This document shows, piece after piece, positions 27,719-37,959 of a stretch of DNA of 64,000 nucleotides. The position numbers and the translations under genes are program-made. The stretch's first letter is position 1; every line of letters starts with the position of its first letter. The notes under the pieces were generated by a model. That model saw only the letters and a list, made by a program, of their open reading frames with translations. It ran no database searches and was not told where the DNA came from. This stretch comes from Spirochaetia bacterium (GTDB lineage: Bacteria; Spirochaetota; Spirochaetia; DSM-2461): NCBI GenBank assembly GCA_963666985.2, contig CAXXIA010000002.1:1152001-1216000 (forward strand), given 5' to 3'.

Positions 27719-29617
27719 ATGAATCCCAAGTATGACGCTCTGTTAAAGGACAAAATGTCCGATGCCAGCTATGCGCGTCTGACGGCTTTGAAAAACCAGA
27801 AGGTGTACGATTTCGTCGGAGAATTCGCAGAGCACTGTGATCCGGCCACCATTTTCGTCGCCGACGACAGTCTTGAAGACGAACAGTATGTTCGTGACCA
27901 GGCTCTGGCGAAAGGGGAGGAAAGCAAGCTCGCCAAGAAAGGCCAAACCATGCACTATGACGGCTACGGCGATCAGGCCCGGGACAAGGTGAACACCCGT
28001 TACATGGTTTACCCCGAAAACCTTGAGCGCATGAAAACCCTCAACTCTTTGCCCTATGAACAGGGTTACAAAGAAATCATGGGAATTGCCAAGGGTATTA
28101 TGAAAGGCAAGGACGCCATCGTAAAATTCTTCGCCGAAGGCCCTACCGGCAGCCCCTTCACCATCCCGTGCGTACAGTTCACCGACTCCTGGTACGTCGC
28201 CCACTCCGAGGCTATTCTCTACCGCCCTGCATACGATCATTTTCTGAACATGAAGGAAGATGAAAAAGACGATATCTTCCGGTTCATCCACTCCGCGGGA
28301 GAACTCGACGAACGGGGCTGTACCGTGAACCTGGATAAGCGCCGCATCTACATGGATACTCAGAACAACATCGTTTATTCCATGAACGATCAGTACGCCG
28401 GCAACTCGGTGGGTTTGAAAAAACACTCCATGCGCTTGGCCATCAACAAAGGCGGTCAGGAAGGCTGGCTCTGCGAGCATATGTTCGTCATGGCCGTTGT
28501 AAATCCCTCCAGCAAGCGCAAAACTTACTTCTGCGGCGCCTACCCCTCCGCCTGCGGCAAAACCTCCACGGCCATGGTTCCCGGTGAAGAGGTTGTCGGT
28601 GACGACATCGCCTACTTCCGGAACATCGACGGAGAATTCCGCGCCGTCAACGTGGAACAGGGCATCTTCGGCATCATCAAGGACGTCAATGCCGATGACG
28701 ATCCGGTTATTTTCGAAAACCTCAGAATCCCCCAGGAAGTTATCTTTTCCAACGTCCTTACGGGTCCGGACAACGAACCCTACTGGACCGGAATGGGCGA
28801 AGAGATTCCCGCCGAGGGTCACAACCATCACGGCGCTTGGAAATTGGGCGATAAGGATTCGGCCGGAAAGGAAGTTACCTGCTCCCACGCCAACAGCCGC
28901 TACACCATGCGTCTGGACTACCTGACCAATTTCGATAAGGAAGGCTTCGACGCCAAGAAGGGTGTTAAGGTCGACGGTCTGCTCTACGGCGGACGCGATT
29001 CGGACACCACCGTTCCGGTGGAGGAATCCCCCTCCTACGCCAGCGGTATCCTGCTGAAGGCCGCCACTCTGGAATCCGAAACCACCGCCGCCACCCTCGG
29101 CGCCGAAGGTGTCCGGACCGCCAGTCCCATGGCCAACATGGACTTTGTCTCCTACCCGTTGGGCGAGTACACCGACAACAACCTGAAGTTCACCAAAGGA
29201 ATGAAGGCCGAACCCAAGGTGTTCAGCACCAACTACTTCATGCTGAGCCCCAAAGGCAAGTTCATGACCAGCAAGCTGGCCAAGAAGGTGTGGCTGCACT
29301 GGGCCGAAGGCCGAGTGCACGGGGAATACGAAGGTTACAAAACTCCCACGGGAACCATTCCTCTGTACGCCGATCTGAAGAAGCTCTTCAAGGAACTTCT
29401 GAACGAAAACTTCACCGAGGAAGACTACACCTATCTCTTTACCTTCCGCTGCACCAAGTGGATCGAAAAGCTCCAGCGCACCAAAGCGTTCTACGCCAAG
29501 ATGGACAGCAAGGTGCCCCAAAACATCTATGATGCATGGGATAAGGCTATCGCCGATATTTCCGCCGTCAGGGACAAATACGGCGACGAAATCAAACCCG
29601 GAGCTTTCAAGGGCTGA
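27719..29617 (+). CDS. pckG: Phosphoenolpyruvate carboxykinase (GTP)
   Basis: YAGNSVGLKK..MRLA, WLCEHM, AYPSACGKT, VGDDIA, NSRYT, GGRDSDT; strongly biased codon usage. Confidence 0.96.
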   Translation: MNPKYDALLKDKMSDASYARLTALKNQKVYDFVGEFAEHCDPATIFVADDSLEDEQYVRDQALAKGEESKLAKKGQTMHYDGYGDQARDKVNTRYMVYPENLERMKTLNSLPYEQGYKEIMGIAKGIMKGKDAIVKFFAEGPTGSPFTIPCVQFTDSWYVAHSEAILYRPAYDHFLNMKEDEKDDIFRFIHSAGELDERGCTVNLDKRRIYMDTQNNIVYSMNDQYAGNSVGLKKHSMRLAINKGGQEGWLCEHMFVMAVVNPSSKRKTYFCGAYPSACGKTSTAMVPGEEVVGDDIAYFRNIDGEFRAVNVEQGIFGIIKDVNADDDPVIFENLRIPQEVIFSNVLTGPDNEPYWTGMGEEIPAEGHNHHGAWKLGDKDSAGKEVTCSHANSRYTMRLDYLTNFDKEGFDAKKGVKVDGLLYGGRDSDTTVPVEESPSYASGILLKAATLESETTAATLGAEGVRTASPMANMDFVSYPLGEYTDNNLKFTKGMKAEPKVFSTNYFMLSPKGKFMTSKLAKKVWLHWAEGRVHGEYEGYKTPTGTIPLYADLKKLFKELLNENFTEEDYTYLFTFRCTKWIEKLQRTKAFYAKMDSKVPQNIYDAWDKAIADISAVRDKYGDEIKPGAFKG

Positions 29618-29648
29618 TGTTCCTTGTTAATTGAGTAATCCGACTTTT

Positions 29649-29680
29649 CAGGGCCGCTCCAACCGGAGCGGCCCTGTTTA
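29649..29680 (+). terminator. Intrinsic terminator after pckG
   Basis: CAGGGCCGCTCC-AACC-GGAGCGGCCCTG followed by TTTA. Confidence 0.75.
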
Positions 29681-29741
29681 TATGTGGATTCTAAAGAAAG
29701 GATTATCCACTGCGTCCGGCCGAAACGAAACCGAGGATAAC

Positions 29742-30590
29742 CTATTGGAAATACGGAACCAGGACGCCTGAGAACACTTCGCCGAAAGTATCCGCCGTTG
29801 CCTCTTCGTCGAGCAGAGTGATGTCCCAGGCGGTTCCCCCGATATCGCTATCCCACGCGAAATTGGTGATATAATCGCTCCGGACATTGGTGGCGTTCTC
29901 GATGATGGAAAAAGACCCGACTTGCGCTGTGTACCCGCCGGCATTATCGGAAAGGAATGCCGTATAATCGTAGTCCGCTCCAAAGATGGTATCGGTCCCG
30001 GCGGAAGAGTAGCTCACATTCACGATGGCGTGGAAGGAAAACGCTTCATCAAACAAAAGTTTGACCGAGGAGAGACTCACCGTCGAATCGACGATGTCAC
30101 GGTCCTCGTCTGTAATCAGGATAATCGCGTGGGGAGCCTCGTCCCTGAACGTCAGGGTTTCGAACGCATAAGTGATGGCATCGTAGCCGTCCTCGGTGCC
30201 GTCTCCGCCGGCCGCGCCTAGCGCGGAAATCGCCGTTTCCAAGTCATCCGCGTCCACCCATCCGCCGGTTCTGTTCACATTTCCGGAAGTCCCCCCGAAT
30301 CCGATCAGCGCATATTGAGTCTCGGTGATTTCCGCATCTTCCAGCGCCGTTTCCAAGGCTCCCGCCAGGCCGGACAAACTGTCGATGACGTCGATCATGG
30401 TGCCCGATTCATCCACAACGAAGACGATATCCGCCGGAGTTCCCGTCGGAGTCGGATTGGGATCGGCCGTCGGGGTATCTTCGGGACCGACCTCTTTACA
30501 GGATAATAAAATCAATCCGCAGACCAATACCGCAACGATGCTTACGGCCCGAGAGGACAATAATTTTTTCGGCATAAAATGAGACTCCAT
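29742..30590 (-). CDS. vWA-domain lipoprotein
   Basis: Lipobox LLSC, Pro/Thr linker, DIVFVVDESGT MIDAS-like, G.EDGY.AI, IILITDE. Confidence 0.82.
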   Translation of the reverse strand: MESHFMPKKLLSSRAVSIVAVLVCGLILLSCKEVGPEDTPTADPNPTPTGTPADIVFVVDESGTMIDVIDSLSGLAGALETALEDAEITETQYALIGFGGTSGNVNRTGGWVDADDLETAISALGAAGGDGTEDGYDAITYAFETLTFRDEAPHAIILITDEDRDIVDSTVSLSSVKLLFDEAFSFHAIVNVSYSSAGTDTIFGADYDYTAFLSDNAGGYTAQVGSFSIIENATNVRSDYITNFAWDSDIGGTAWDITLLDEEATADTFGEVFSGVLVPYFQ

Positions 30591-30938
30591 TTTTTAATTC
30601 CGCTTAACCGACGATTTAAACGTAGCACAGTTTTTCGGTTTAAAAGTGACATAGAGAGCCGTTTTAAAAATCGAATTACGCTTTTTTACACACCCTCCGC
30701 TAAAAAGCCCTAACCATTACGGTGTTCCGAAGCTCGGTAAAAATACCTTGGTAAGAAAGCCATATCCTCATATAACAGCTGCAAAACTCTGTATTGAGAG
30801 CAAACGCTTTAAAGAACCTAAAACAGGAACATTCATGAGCCGCCGACTTGCCGGAACTCAAAAATCCGGAGAGCCTTTGATCAAGACCTCGAATAAAACA
30901 TCGACATTGAGAATAAATTTATGTTAACATTTCCTATA

Positions 30939-31994
30939 ATGAATACCAAACACATTTTTCCTATTCCGCTGGGACTGACTTTAGCCGTTCTCCTCCTCGG
31001 ATGCGTCACCGTTATGCCTCATAATGATGCATATTATTCGAATGTTCTCGCGGAACGATATCCGTCGAGCGACTTCCGAAAAATCGATGAAGCCGTACTC
31101 GCGCTGGATATCGGCAGCGACACTACCGTCAAGCAGTTGGCGAACGCCCTCGACGCCATAGGGATGAACGAGTGGGAAGACATCCGAGCCGCTTACGTCT
31201 GGATCGCTTACAATATCGAAATGGATACCGAAAGATTCTTTTCCGGCTTGGAGCCGCCGCAAAGTTCCGAAGAAACGTTGGAATCAAGAAAAGCAATGTC
31301 CGTTGGATTCTCAACCCTCTTTTCTGAGATTCTCAGTGAAATAGGATTCAAGAATCTTATCGTTTCAGGATACTCGAAAGCCTTCAGATTCACCGCCGAA
31401 ACAGACGCAAAGTGGTCCGGACATTCATGGAACATCGTCGATATCGACGGCGATTTGCACTATTTCGATCCCATGTGGGGAGCGGGGATTATTAAAAACC
31501 GGAGCTTTGATCAGTTCTTCGACGAGTTCTATTTCGACACGAAACCGGAAGATTTTATTTTCACCAATCTGCCCGATCAAGAAGAAATGCAGGGCTTGAC
31601 GGAACCGATCGACCGGGAAACGTTCTTCAAGCTCCCTTATCTAAACGGATACTCACTCGGCCGAGGCATTGAATCCGGTCCAATCCTGACAGCGGTGAAA
31701 AACGGCGAGACCGTATCCCTTCCCGAATTCTTTAAATACAACCAAGATCTGACGTACGTCGAATTCCCGATGACCTCAACCCTGCCGGCCGGCGAACGAT
31801 GCCGAATCGTCATTGAAAGCAGTTCTCCGGAAATGATGGTCCTTCTCGGGACCGGTGACCGTGAAGTCATCAAACCCGTTGACGGTCGATTTACATACGA
31901 AAAGGTTCTGATAAAAGGATCCGTGACTTTTTTTCTGAGGAATCCCAGAGACAACGACGTATTCTGGGCAATCTGCAGTTATCTCGTCGAATAA
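30939..31994 (+). CDS. Transglutaminase-like domain lipoprotein
   Basis: Lipobox LLGC; RAAYVWIA.NI, GHSWN, DPMWGAG; expected catalytic Cys is Ser. Confidence 0.8.
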   Translation: MNTKHIFPIPLGLTLAVLLLGCVTVMPHNDAYYSNVLAERYPSSDFRKIDEAVLALDIGSDTTVKQLANALDAIGMNEWEDIRAAYVWIAYNIEMDTERFFSGLEPPQSSEETLESRKAMSVGFSTLFSEILSEIGFKNLIVSGYSKAFRFTAETDAKWSGHSWNIVDIDGDLHYFDPMWGAGIIKNRSFDQFFDEFYFDTKPEDFIFTNLPDQEEMQGLTEPIDRETFFKLPYLNGYSLGRGIESGPILTAVKNGETVSLPEFFKYNQDLTYVEFPMTSTLPAGERCRIVIESSSPEMMVLLGTGDREVIKPVDGRFTYEKVLIKGSVTFFLRNPRDNDVFWAICSYLVE

Positions 31995-32033
31995 ACCGGA
32001 GCGAAGGGTCTTTACCGACCCATCCATGTGCCG

Positions 32034-32060
32034 AGCCGCTCTTCCGGGAGCGGCTTTTCT
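32034..32060 (+). terminator. Intrinsic terminator
   Basis: AGCCGCTC-TTCCGG-GAGCGGCT followed by TTTCT, between convergent genes. Confidence 0.7.
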
Positions 32061-32113
32061 CGATCTGCCGAACCGAACATTCGAAGAATGGACTCAACAC
32101 CTGATACCGGCAA

Positions 32114-32734
32114 TCAATTCCGATAAATGCCGTGCCGTAATACTTCCAGGTAGAAATCCCAGTTTTTCCCGTAATCTTCCCTGATTCTCGCCGGATCGCG
32201 TTCGGTTTTAATTTCCATCAGGAAATCCATCCGCGTCTTTAAGAGCATCCACATGGCGAGTTCCAGAATCTGTTCCTTAGGATACACCAGTGAACTGATT
32301 TCAACATCGCCGAAGAACTCAAGGAAATGCCGGCGAAAAATATCATGAACCTGCGCGTCGAGTATCTCGTTGTTCAGGGCGGAGGTACGGACGATAAGAT
32401 GGACGAAATCCGGATGTTCCAGATAAAAATCTATGGCGACATCCGCGGTAAACTTCAATCGTTCCAGAAGATCCGACGGAAGTTCCATTCCCTCATCAAC
32501 GGTTCGCCCTTTCAGATAACTGTAAAGCTCGGTATAGGTGTAGGCCACGGTACCGAGAAAAAGCTCTTCTTTCGAAGAGGCATATTCGTAAATCCCGCCT
32601 TTTGAAATGCCGGCTCTTCGGATAATTTTATCGACGGAACTGCCCTCATAGCCGTGCTCACCGAACTCACGGATACAGGCATTAAAAACTCTGTGCTGTT
32701 TCTCGATGGGCAGATTTTCAAATGTTTGCTTCAT
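32114..32734 (-). CDS. TetR/AcrR family regulator
   Basis: TF.NL...KQ, GYEGSSV..I...AGISKGGIY.Y..SKEELF; overlaps the paaK stop. Confidence 0.9.
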   Translation of the reverse strand: MKQTFENLPIEKQHRVFNACIREFGEHGYEGSSVDKIIRRAGISKGGIYEYASSKEELFLGTVAYTYTELYSYLKGRTVDEGMELPSDLLERLKFTADVAIDFYLEHPDFVHLIVRTSALNNEILDAQVHDIFRRHFLEFFGDVEISSLVYPKEQILELAMWMLLKTRMDFLMEIKTERDPARIREDYGKNWDFYLEVLRHGIYRN

Positions 32735-34035
32735 ATAATTCGTAAATCAAGAACGCGCTTCGCTTTCACTCCCGTTGATCTTTTCATGCTCATCGGTTCG
32801 ACAAGTGTTATCTTCGCATGAATCCCAAGTTTGGACACAAGATGCCGGCCTACGGTTTCCTGAAAGTTTTGCACTTCCCGAATTTCATCGAATGCCAGGA
32901 AGTTCGGCGTCGCCTCCACCCTCAATGCAATCTGATCCACGCCCTCTTCCCGGGTTAAAACAATTTGGAAATGCGGTTCCACTCCCTCAATCTCAAAAAG
33001 CAGCTGCTCGATGTGGGAGGGAAAGATGTTCCGGCCTCCGATGATAATCATATCATCGGTACGGCCCGAAATGCGCTCGATTCTTGCGATAGTCCGTCCG
33101 CAGGGGCAATCCCCTTCAATAAAGGCGGAAATATCTCCGCTGCGGTAACGGATCAGAGGAAATCCCTGCTTCGTAATGGTGGTAAAAACCAGTTCTCCAC
33201 TTGTTCCCGGCGGAACGGGTTCCAGGGTTTGCGGATCGATAATCTCCAGGATGAAATGATCTTCGTTTACGTGGAGGCCCAAGCGTTCCTCGCATTCGAA
33301 GGCCACGCCCGGACCGATAACCTCCGTCATTCCGTAATTATCATACGCCTTAATCTTCAAACGGGCCTCGATGTCCTTTCGAAGATTCTCGCTCCAGGGC
33401 TCCGAACCGAAAAGTCCGATGGAAAGATTCAATTCCTGGGGGTTCATTCCCTCTTCTTCCAGAATGGAAGCGATATGCAGGGCGTATCCGGGCGTGGAAA
33501 CCAACGTTGTGGTCCGGAAATCCTTCATAACCTGTATCTGTTTTATAACGTCGATTCCAGAATACGGAATAACCGACGCGCCGATTTCTTCGGCTCCGCC
33601 GTGGAATCCGAATCCGCCCGTGGAAAGACTGTAATCGAAAGCCACCTGAACGAAATCATGATTGGTTACGCCGGCGGCGGACAGAACCCTGGCCACCAGG
33701 GACGACCAGATATTCAAATCGTTCCGGGTATATCCCACCACAACAGGCTTGTCCGTCGTTCCCGAGGTGGAATGGATTCTGACGATGTCCCGCAAAGGAA
33801 CGGCGAAAGCCTCATAGGGATAACTTTTCATCAAATCATCCCGTGTGGTGAAAGGCAGCCTCCGCAAGTCATCCAAAGATCGAACGGCGCCGATATCGAT
33901 CCCCGCCTCATCATAGAGATTTCGGTAAAAGGAGACATTTCGGTACACGCGGTTCAATGTGGCCTGCAGACGTTCTATCCGCATCTGCTCCAGCTCCCGC
34001 CTGCTCATCATCTCGTGTTCTTTATCGTAGATCAT
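32731..34035 (-). CDS. paaK: Phenylacetate-CoA ligase family protein
   Basis: LPFT..DL, HSTSGTT.KP, GSEPW, YGMTE..GPG, PLIRYR.GD, GRTDDM..I.G.NIFP. Confidence 0.92.
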   Translation of the reverse strand: MIYDKEHEMMSRRELEQMRIERLQATLNRVYRNVSFYRNLYDEAGIDIGAVRSLDDLRRLPFTTRDDLMKSYPYEAFAVPLRDIVRIHSTSGTTDKPVVVGYTRNDLNIWSSLVARVLSAAGVTNHDFVQVAFDYSLSTGGFGFHGGAEEIGASVIPYSGIDVIKQIQVMKDFRTTTLVSTPGYALHIASILEEEGMNPQELNLSIGLFGSEPWSENLRKDIEARLKIKAYDNYGMTEVIGPGVAFECEERLGLHVNEDHFILEIIDPQTLEPVPPGTSGELVFTTITKQGFPLIRYRSGDISAFIEGDCPCGRTIARIERISGRTDDMIIIGGRNIFPSHIEQLLFEIEGVEPHFQIVLTREEGVDQIALRVEATPNFLAFDEIREVQNFQETVGRHLVSKLGIHAKITLVEPMSMKRSTGVKAKRVLDLRII

Positions 34036-34781
34036 CAGAGGACTCCCATATCGGTAAAATCTTTATAGTCCTTGCCGAGATAAGCCCTTTGGACATCGGC
34101 GTTTCCAAGTAATTCTTCCGAACCGCCCTCAAGAACGATGCTGCCTGTTTCCATCACATAACCCCTGTCGGCGATGCCCAGAGCCGCTTTGGCGTTCTGT
34201 TCAACGATGAGAATGGTTCGGCCTTCATCCCGAAGAGCGGCCGCCGCATCGAAGATTCTCCGAACGATGATAGGCGCCAGCCCCATGGACGGCTCGTCCA
34301 TCATAATCAGCTCAGGGCCCGACATCAGCGCCCTTCCGACGGCCACCATCTGCTGCTCGCCGCCCGAAAGGGTTCCGGCCGGCTGCGCACGCCGCTCCTT
34401 GAGTACGGGAAACATCTTATAGACGAATTCCAGATTCTCATCCGCCTCTTTTCCCCTCTTCGATCCATATAAAGTATAGGCTCCCAGGATAAGGTTCTCC
34501 CGAACCGTCATGGTCGGAAAAAGCTGCCTTCCCTCGGGCACCAGAACACATCCGGCCGAAACAATGCTGTCCGGGGCGGCGCCGGCGATATCCGTACCCT
34601 TCAGGATGATTTCCCCGGAAAAGGGCGATATCACCGAAGCGATAGTATTCAGCAGAGTCGATTTTCCGGCGCCGTTCGCGCCGATGATTGTGACGATTTC
34701 TCCCGGTTTTACGTGAAGACTGATCCCTTTAAGAACTTTCAGTTTGCCGTATCCGGATTCCAGATTTCTGATTCTAATCAT
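34035..34781 (-). CDS. livF: Liv-type ABC transporter ATP-binding protein
   Basis: GANGAGKS, VPEGR, LSGGEQQM, DEPS.GLAP, VEQN. Confidence 0.93.
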   Translation of the reverse strand: MIRIRNLESGYGKLKVLKGISLHVKPGEIVTIIGANGAGKSTLLNTIASVISPFSGEIILKGTDIAGAAPDSIVSAGCVLVPEGRQLFPTMTVRENLILGAYTLYGSKRGKEADENLEFVYKMFPVLKERRAQPAGTLSGGEQQMVAVGRALMSGPELIMMDEPSMGLAPIIVRRIFDAAAALRDEGRTILIVEQNAKAALGIADRGYVMETGSIVLEGGSEELLGNADVQRAYLGKDYKDFTDMGVL

Positions 34782-34840
34782 TGCCGCCTACTCGTCTTTT
34801 CCGCTTTCAAGTCTTCGCGCTTTCCACTCATCGTCGTCTT

Positions 34841-35632
34841 CTACTCATCGCCGCCGCCCAGATAGATTCGAATAACATCCGAGTTGTTCTGTATGGATTT
34901 CGGAGATCCTTCCGCGATTTTCTCTCCGAAATTGAGCACCACCACCTCGTCGGAAATATCCATAACCAGCGACATGTCGTGTTCCACGAGCAAGATGGTA
35001 CGCCCCTGAGCGCAGATGGCGGTGATGCGCTCAGCCAGAGCGTCGGTTTCGTGCATATTAAGTCCGGCCGCGGGTTCATCCAGCAGAAGAACGGCCGGAT
35101 CGGCCGCCAGAACGCGGGCCAGTTCCACGGCCCTCTGATTCCCGAAAGAAAGGTTTCCCACGTCCTTCTCCGCGATGTCCGCAATATTCAGCCATTCAAG
35201 AATGCCGAAAACCGCTTCCCGAGCCGCATTTTCCTCCCGCCTGCTCTTCGGCAAAGACAGCATCCCGGCGAAAAAACCCGCCCTACCCGCCGTATGACGG
35301 CCCAGAAGGACATTGTCCAGAACGCTCATATGAGTGCAGAGTTTCAGATTTTGAAATGTCCGCAGCACTCCCCGCTCGGCGATTCGGCAGGGTTTCAGAC
35401 CCGTCAGCGGCTTGCCCCGATACATCACTCGTCCGCCGTCGGAGGGCAAGGCTCCGGCGATCATATTGAACAGTGTCGTTTTACCGGCCCCGTTGGGCCC
35501 GATGACCGCCTTGATGGTTCCTTCCCGTACGGCGAATGAAACACCGTTCACGGCATGAAGGCCTCCGAACGATTTATCCAGAGCTTCCACGCTGAGAAGA
35601 GTGATCCCGGATTGCGATTGCTCAGCGTTCAC
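34841..35632 (-). CDS. livG: Liv-type ABC transporter ATP-binding protein
   Basis: GPNGAGKT, RTFQN, LDEPAAG, VEHDM. Confidence 0.93.
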   Translation of the reverse strand: MNAEQSQSGITLLSVEALDKSFGGLHAVNGVSFAVREGTIKAVIGPNGAGKTTLFNMIAGALPSDGGRVMYRGKPLTGLKPCRIAERGVLRTFQNLKLCTHMSVLDNVLLGRHTAGRAGFFAGMLSLPKSRREENAAREAVFGILEWLNIADIAEKDVGNLSFGNQRAVELARVLAADPAVLLLDEPAAGLNMHETDALAERITAICAQGRTILLVEHDMSLVMDISDEVVVLNFGEKIAEGSPKSIQNNSDVIRIYLGGGDE

Positions 35633-36726
35633 GCCTTAACCCCTTTCCGGTTCTCTTTTCTCCGAGGGAGAATGCGCCGAACGAAGTCCTTCATCCGATC
35701 CGTCACCGCCGCTCGAAACAGACCGTCGGGAAAGAAGAGCATCATCACGATGAGAATCACGCCGAAAACCGCATCGTCGTAGGCTCCGAAGAATCCTCTT
35801 AAGGAAAGAAAGTTCAGCACCAGGCCCATCGTCAGAACACCCCAGAGATTCGCCATTCCCCCAACCGCGACAATGGCCACATACCTGACCGATTTCGCCA
35901 CGGAGGATTCCGACGGACCGATACCGCCGTTGTAATGGGTCATCAGAACGCCGGCCGCCGCCGCGAACACCGCACCGACAACGAAAATCGAAACCTTGTA
36001 TCGCGCGGTATCCACACCCATGGCGTCGGCTGCATCTTCTCCGCCGTGCAGAGAACGCAAGGCCCTCCCGATGCGGGAATTCACCAAATTCGTCAGCAGA
36101 ATCACCGTAAGAATGACGAAGGCCCAGGCGGCATAATAGTTAACCACCCTGACGGTAAAATCACCGCTGATGGAAATACCCGGGAACAAAGGGAAGGCCG
36201 GTACATTGGAAATCCCGTCCGCTTCGCCGAACACCTTGGTTCCGAGAACAATGCGGTAGATGATAATTCCGAAACCCATGGTAGCCATCGCAAGATAGTG
36301 TCCTTTAAGCCGCAGAACGGGAACACCGATGGCATAGGCAACAACGGCCGCGGCCGTCAAGGCCAGGAAAAAAGAAATCCACGGGGAGAGGTATGTCAGA
36401 GACTCGCCGTAGAGATTCTCTCTGGTCAGGAGCAAACCCGTTTTCGCCAGAAAGGCGAAAAAAGGTTCTCCCAGTCTGTCCGTGAAATCCATGGTGGTAA
36501 GAACGGCGGCTGTATAGCCTCCGATAGCGAAGAAACCCGCCTGGCCGAGAGACATCTGCCCGGCGTATCCCATCACCATGCTCAAACCCACCGCGACGAC
36601 GACATAGTAGGCGGACATGGTCATCTGGGTCAGGTAAAACGCGGTTCCCGTAATCTGCGTAATAAGCTGGACCAGAACAAGAATCGCGGCCAGCACCAAA
36701 ATTGGTCTGTAGGACTTCCCTTTCAT
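35629..36726 (-). CDS. livM: Liv-type ABC transporter permease
   Basis: GYAGQ.SLGQA.F, RL.G.YLA.AT, GRAL......AA..MGV. Confidence 0.92.
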   Translation of the reverse strand: MKGKSYRPILVLAAILVLVQLITQITGTAFYLTQMTMSAYYVVVAVGLSMVMGYAGQMSLGQAGFFAIGGYTAAVLTTMDFTDRLGEPFFAFLAKTGLLLTRENLYGESLTYLSPWISFFLALTAAAVVAYAIGVPVLRLKGHYLAMATMGFGIIIYRIVLGTKVFGEADGISNVPAFPLFPGISISGDFTVRVVNYYAAWAFVILTVILLTNLVNSRIGRALRSLHGGEDAADAMGVDTARYKVSIFVVGAVFAAAAGVLMTHYNGGIGPSESSVAKSVRYVAIVAVGGMANLWGVLTMGLVLNFLSLRGFFGAYDDAVFGVILIVMMLFFPDGLFRAAVTDRMKDFVRRILPRRKENRKGVKA

Positions 36727-36727
36727 A

Positions 36728-37618
36728 CTAAAAATCCTTCAGAGCCGAAGTCTGTCGTGACCCGAAGAGCCCGCTTGGCAAAAGGACCAGGATGACAAGC
36801 AGGATGATGATGGAAACAACATCCGTATACGCCATGGGCAGAACACTCACGCTGAACGATTCAATCAGCCCTACCAGCAAACCCGCGGCCACGGCGGCCA
36901 TCGGGTTTCCCAATCCTCCCAGTACGGCGACGATAAATCCTTTAATCGCCAAATCGGTTCCCATCGCGTAATGGGTCTGCGTTAACGGCGAAACAAGACA
37001 TCCTCCCAGCGCCCCGATTCCCGCGGCCAGAGTGAAGGAAAGATTCACCATTCTGCGGGTACGGATGCCGCAGAGTTTGGCTGCCCGAATATTGTCGGAA
37101 CAGGCCCGCATGGCCTGCCCTGTCAGCGTAAATCGGAAAAAGAGGTAGAGCGCTATGACGATAAGCGCCGTAACGCCGATAATCCACAGCACCTGCGGCG
37201 AGATTCGGGCACCCAGAATATCGATGGATGAAATTTCGTTCCCGGTAAAAAACCGCAGAGCGCGAATCTGCTCATCCCAGATATGAAGGGCTGCTTCCCG
37301 GATAACAATGGAAATACCGATGGTGATGACGATCATGCCCAGAACGGAAGTTTTTTTCATCCTTCTGATAAGAACCGTTTCCAAAAGACTCCCGACGGCG
37401 GCCGTTACCAGGACGGCGATAAGAATGGCCGGCAGCAGACTCATCACCTGTGAGAGGGAATAGGCCGTCATGGCCCCGAGCATCACAAACTCGCCCTGCG
37501 CCAGATTTATAATGCCCGTGGTGTTGTAGATGATGTCGTACCCGATGGCCACAAGGGCGTAAATACTGCCCACCGTGATGCCGGAGAAGACATACTGAAG
37601 AATTTGCTCAGGTATCAT
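36728..37618 (-). CDS. livH: Liv-type ABC transporter permease
   Basis: GSIYALVAIG, INLAQGEF, G.AMRA..N...A.L.GI, VLGGLG. Confidence 0.92.
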   Translation of the reverse strand: MIPEQILQYVFSGITVGSIYALVAIGYDIIYNTTGIINLAQGEFVMLGAMTAYSLSQVMSLLPAILIAVLVTAAVGSLLETVLIRRMKKTSVLGMIVITIGISIVIREAALHIWDEQIRALRFFTGNEISSIDILGARISPQVLWIIGVTALIVIALYLFFRFTLTGQAMRACSDNIRAAKLCGIRTRRMVNLSFTLAAGIGALGGCLVSPLTQTHYAMGTDLAIKGFIVAVLGGLGNPMAAVAAGLLVGLIESFSVSVLPMAYTDVVSIIILLVILVLLPSGLFGSRQTSALKDF

Positions 37619-37688
37619 ATCAACCTTTTCCAGCGTTTTGATTCGGACCCGGCGAAATGAGGGCGGAAGCGCGGCGGGTTCCTGTGCG

Positions 37689-37841
37689 GCCGGATTCCGT
37701 CCCATTGCCGACTATATCCGCACGAAAGCGCAGCGGGTTCCATACCCCTCGCTCCCCGGTTTCCGTTACGGCCGGATTCCGGCATAGCCGGGTTCCGTCC
37801 GATTCGCCGACCATATCCATATGGAACCGCGCCGGGTTCCA
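37689..37841. repeat. Degenerate ~54-bp direct repeat in the livK-livH spacer
   Basis: 37689-37742 vs 37787-37841 (GCCGG.TTCCGTCC.ATT.GCCGAC.ATATCC...CGGGTTCCA). Confidence 0.6.
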
Positions 37842-37959
37842 CTCGGTTCGTCAGCCGTCCGGATTTCTCACCGACTTTGCAAAACAGGACAGGAAAGCAA
37901 AACCGGCGAGAATCAAACTCTAATACAAAGCGAATCGGCCGTTCTTAACCGTCAGCATC

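Noticed and set aside
27743..29521. 592-aa antisense ORF opposite pckG
   Set aside because: Shadow of strongly biased codon usage in a highly expressed gene; no recognisable motifs
30654..30696. Weak inverted repeat GAGAGCCGTTTTAAAAA...TTTTTTACACACCCTC resembling joined IS ends
   Set aside because: Too degenerate; no transposase, no second copy and no target duplication visible
32965..34068. Long plus-strand ORFs opposite paaK, livK (37987-39021), codA (20679-21611) and the ABC ATPase (40666-41700)
   Set aside because: Fully overlap well-supported genes on the opposite strand; expected in GC-rich DNA
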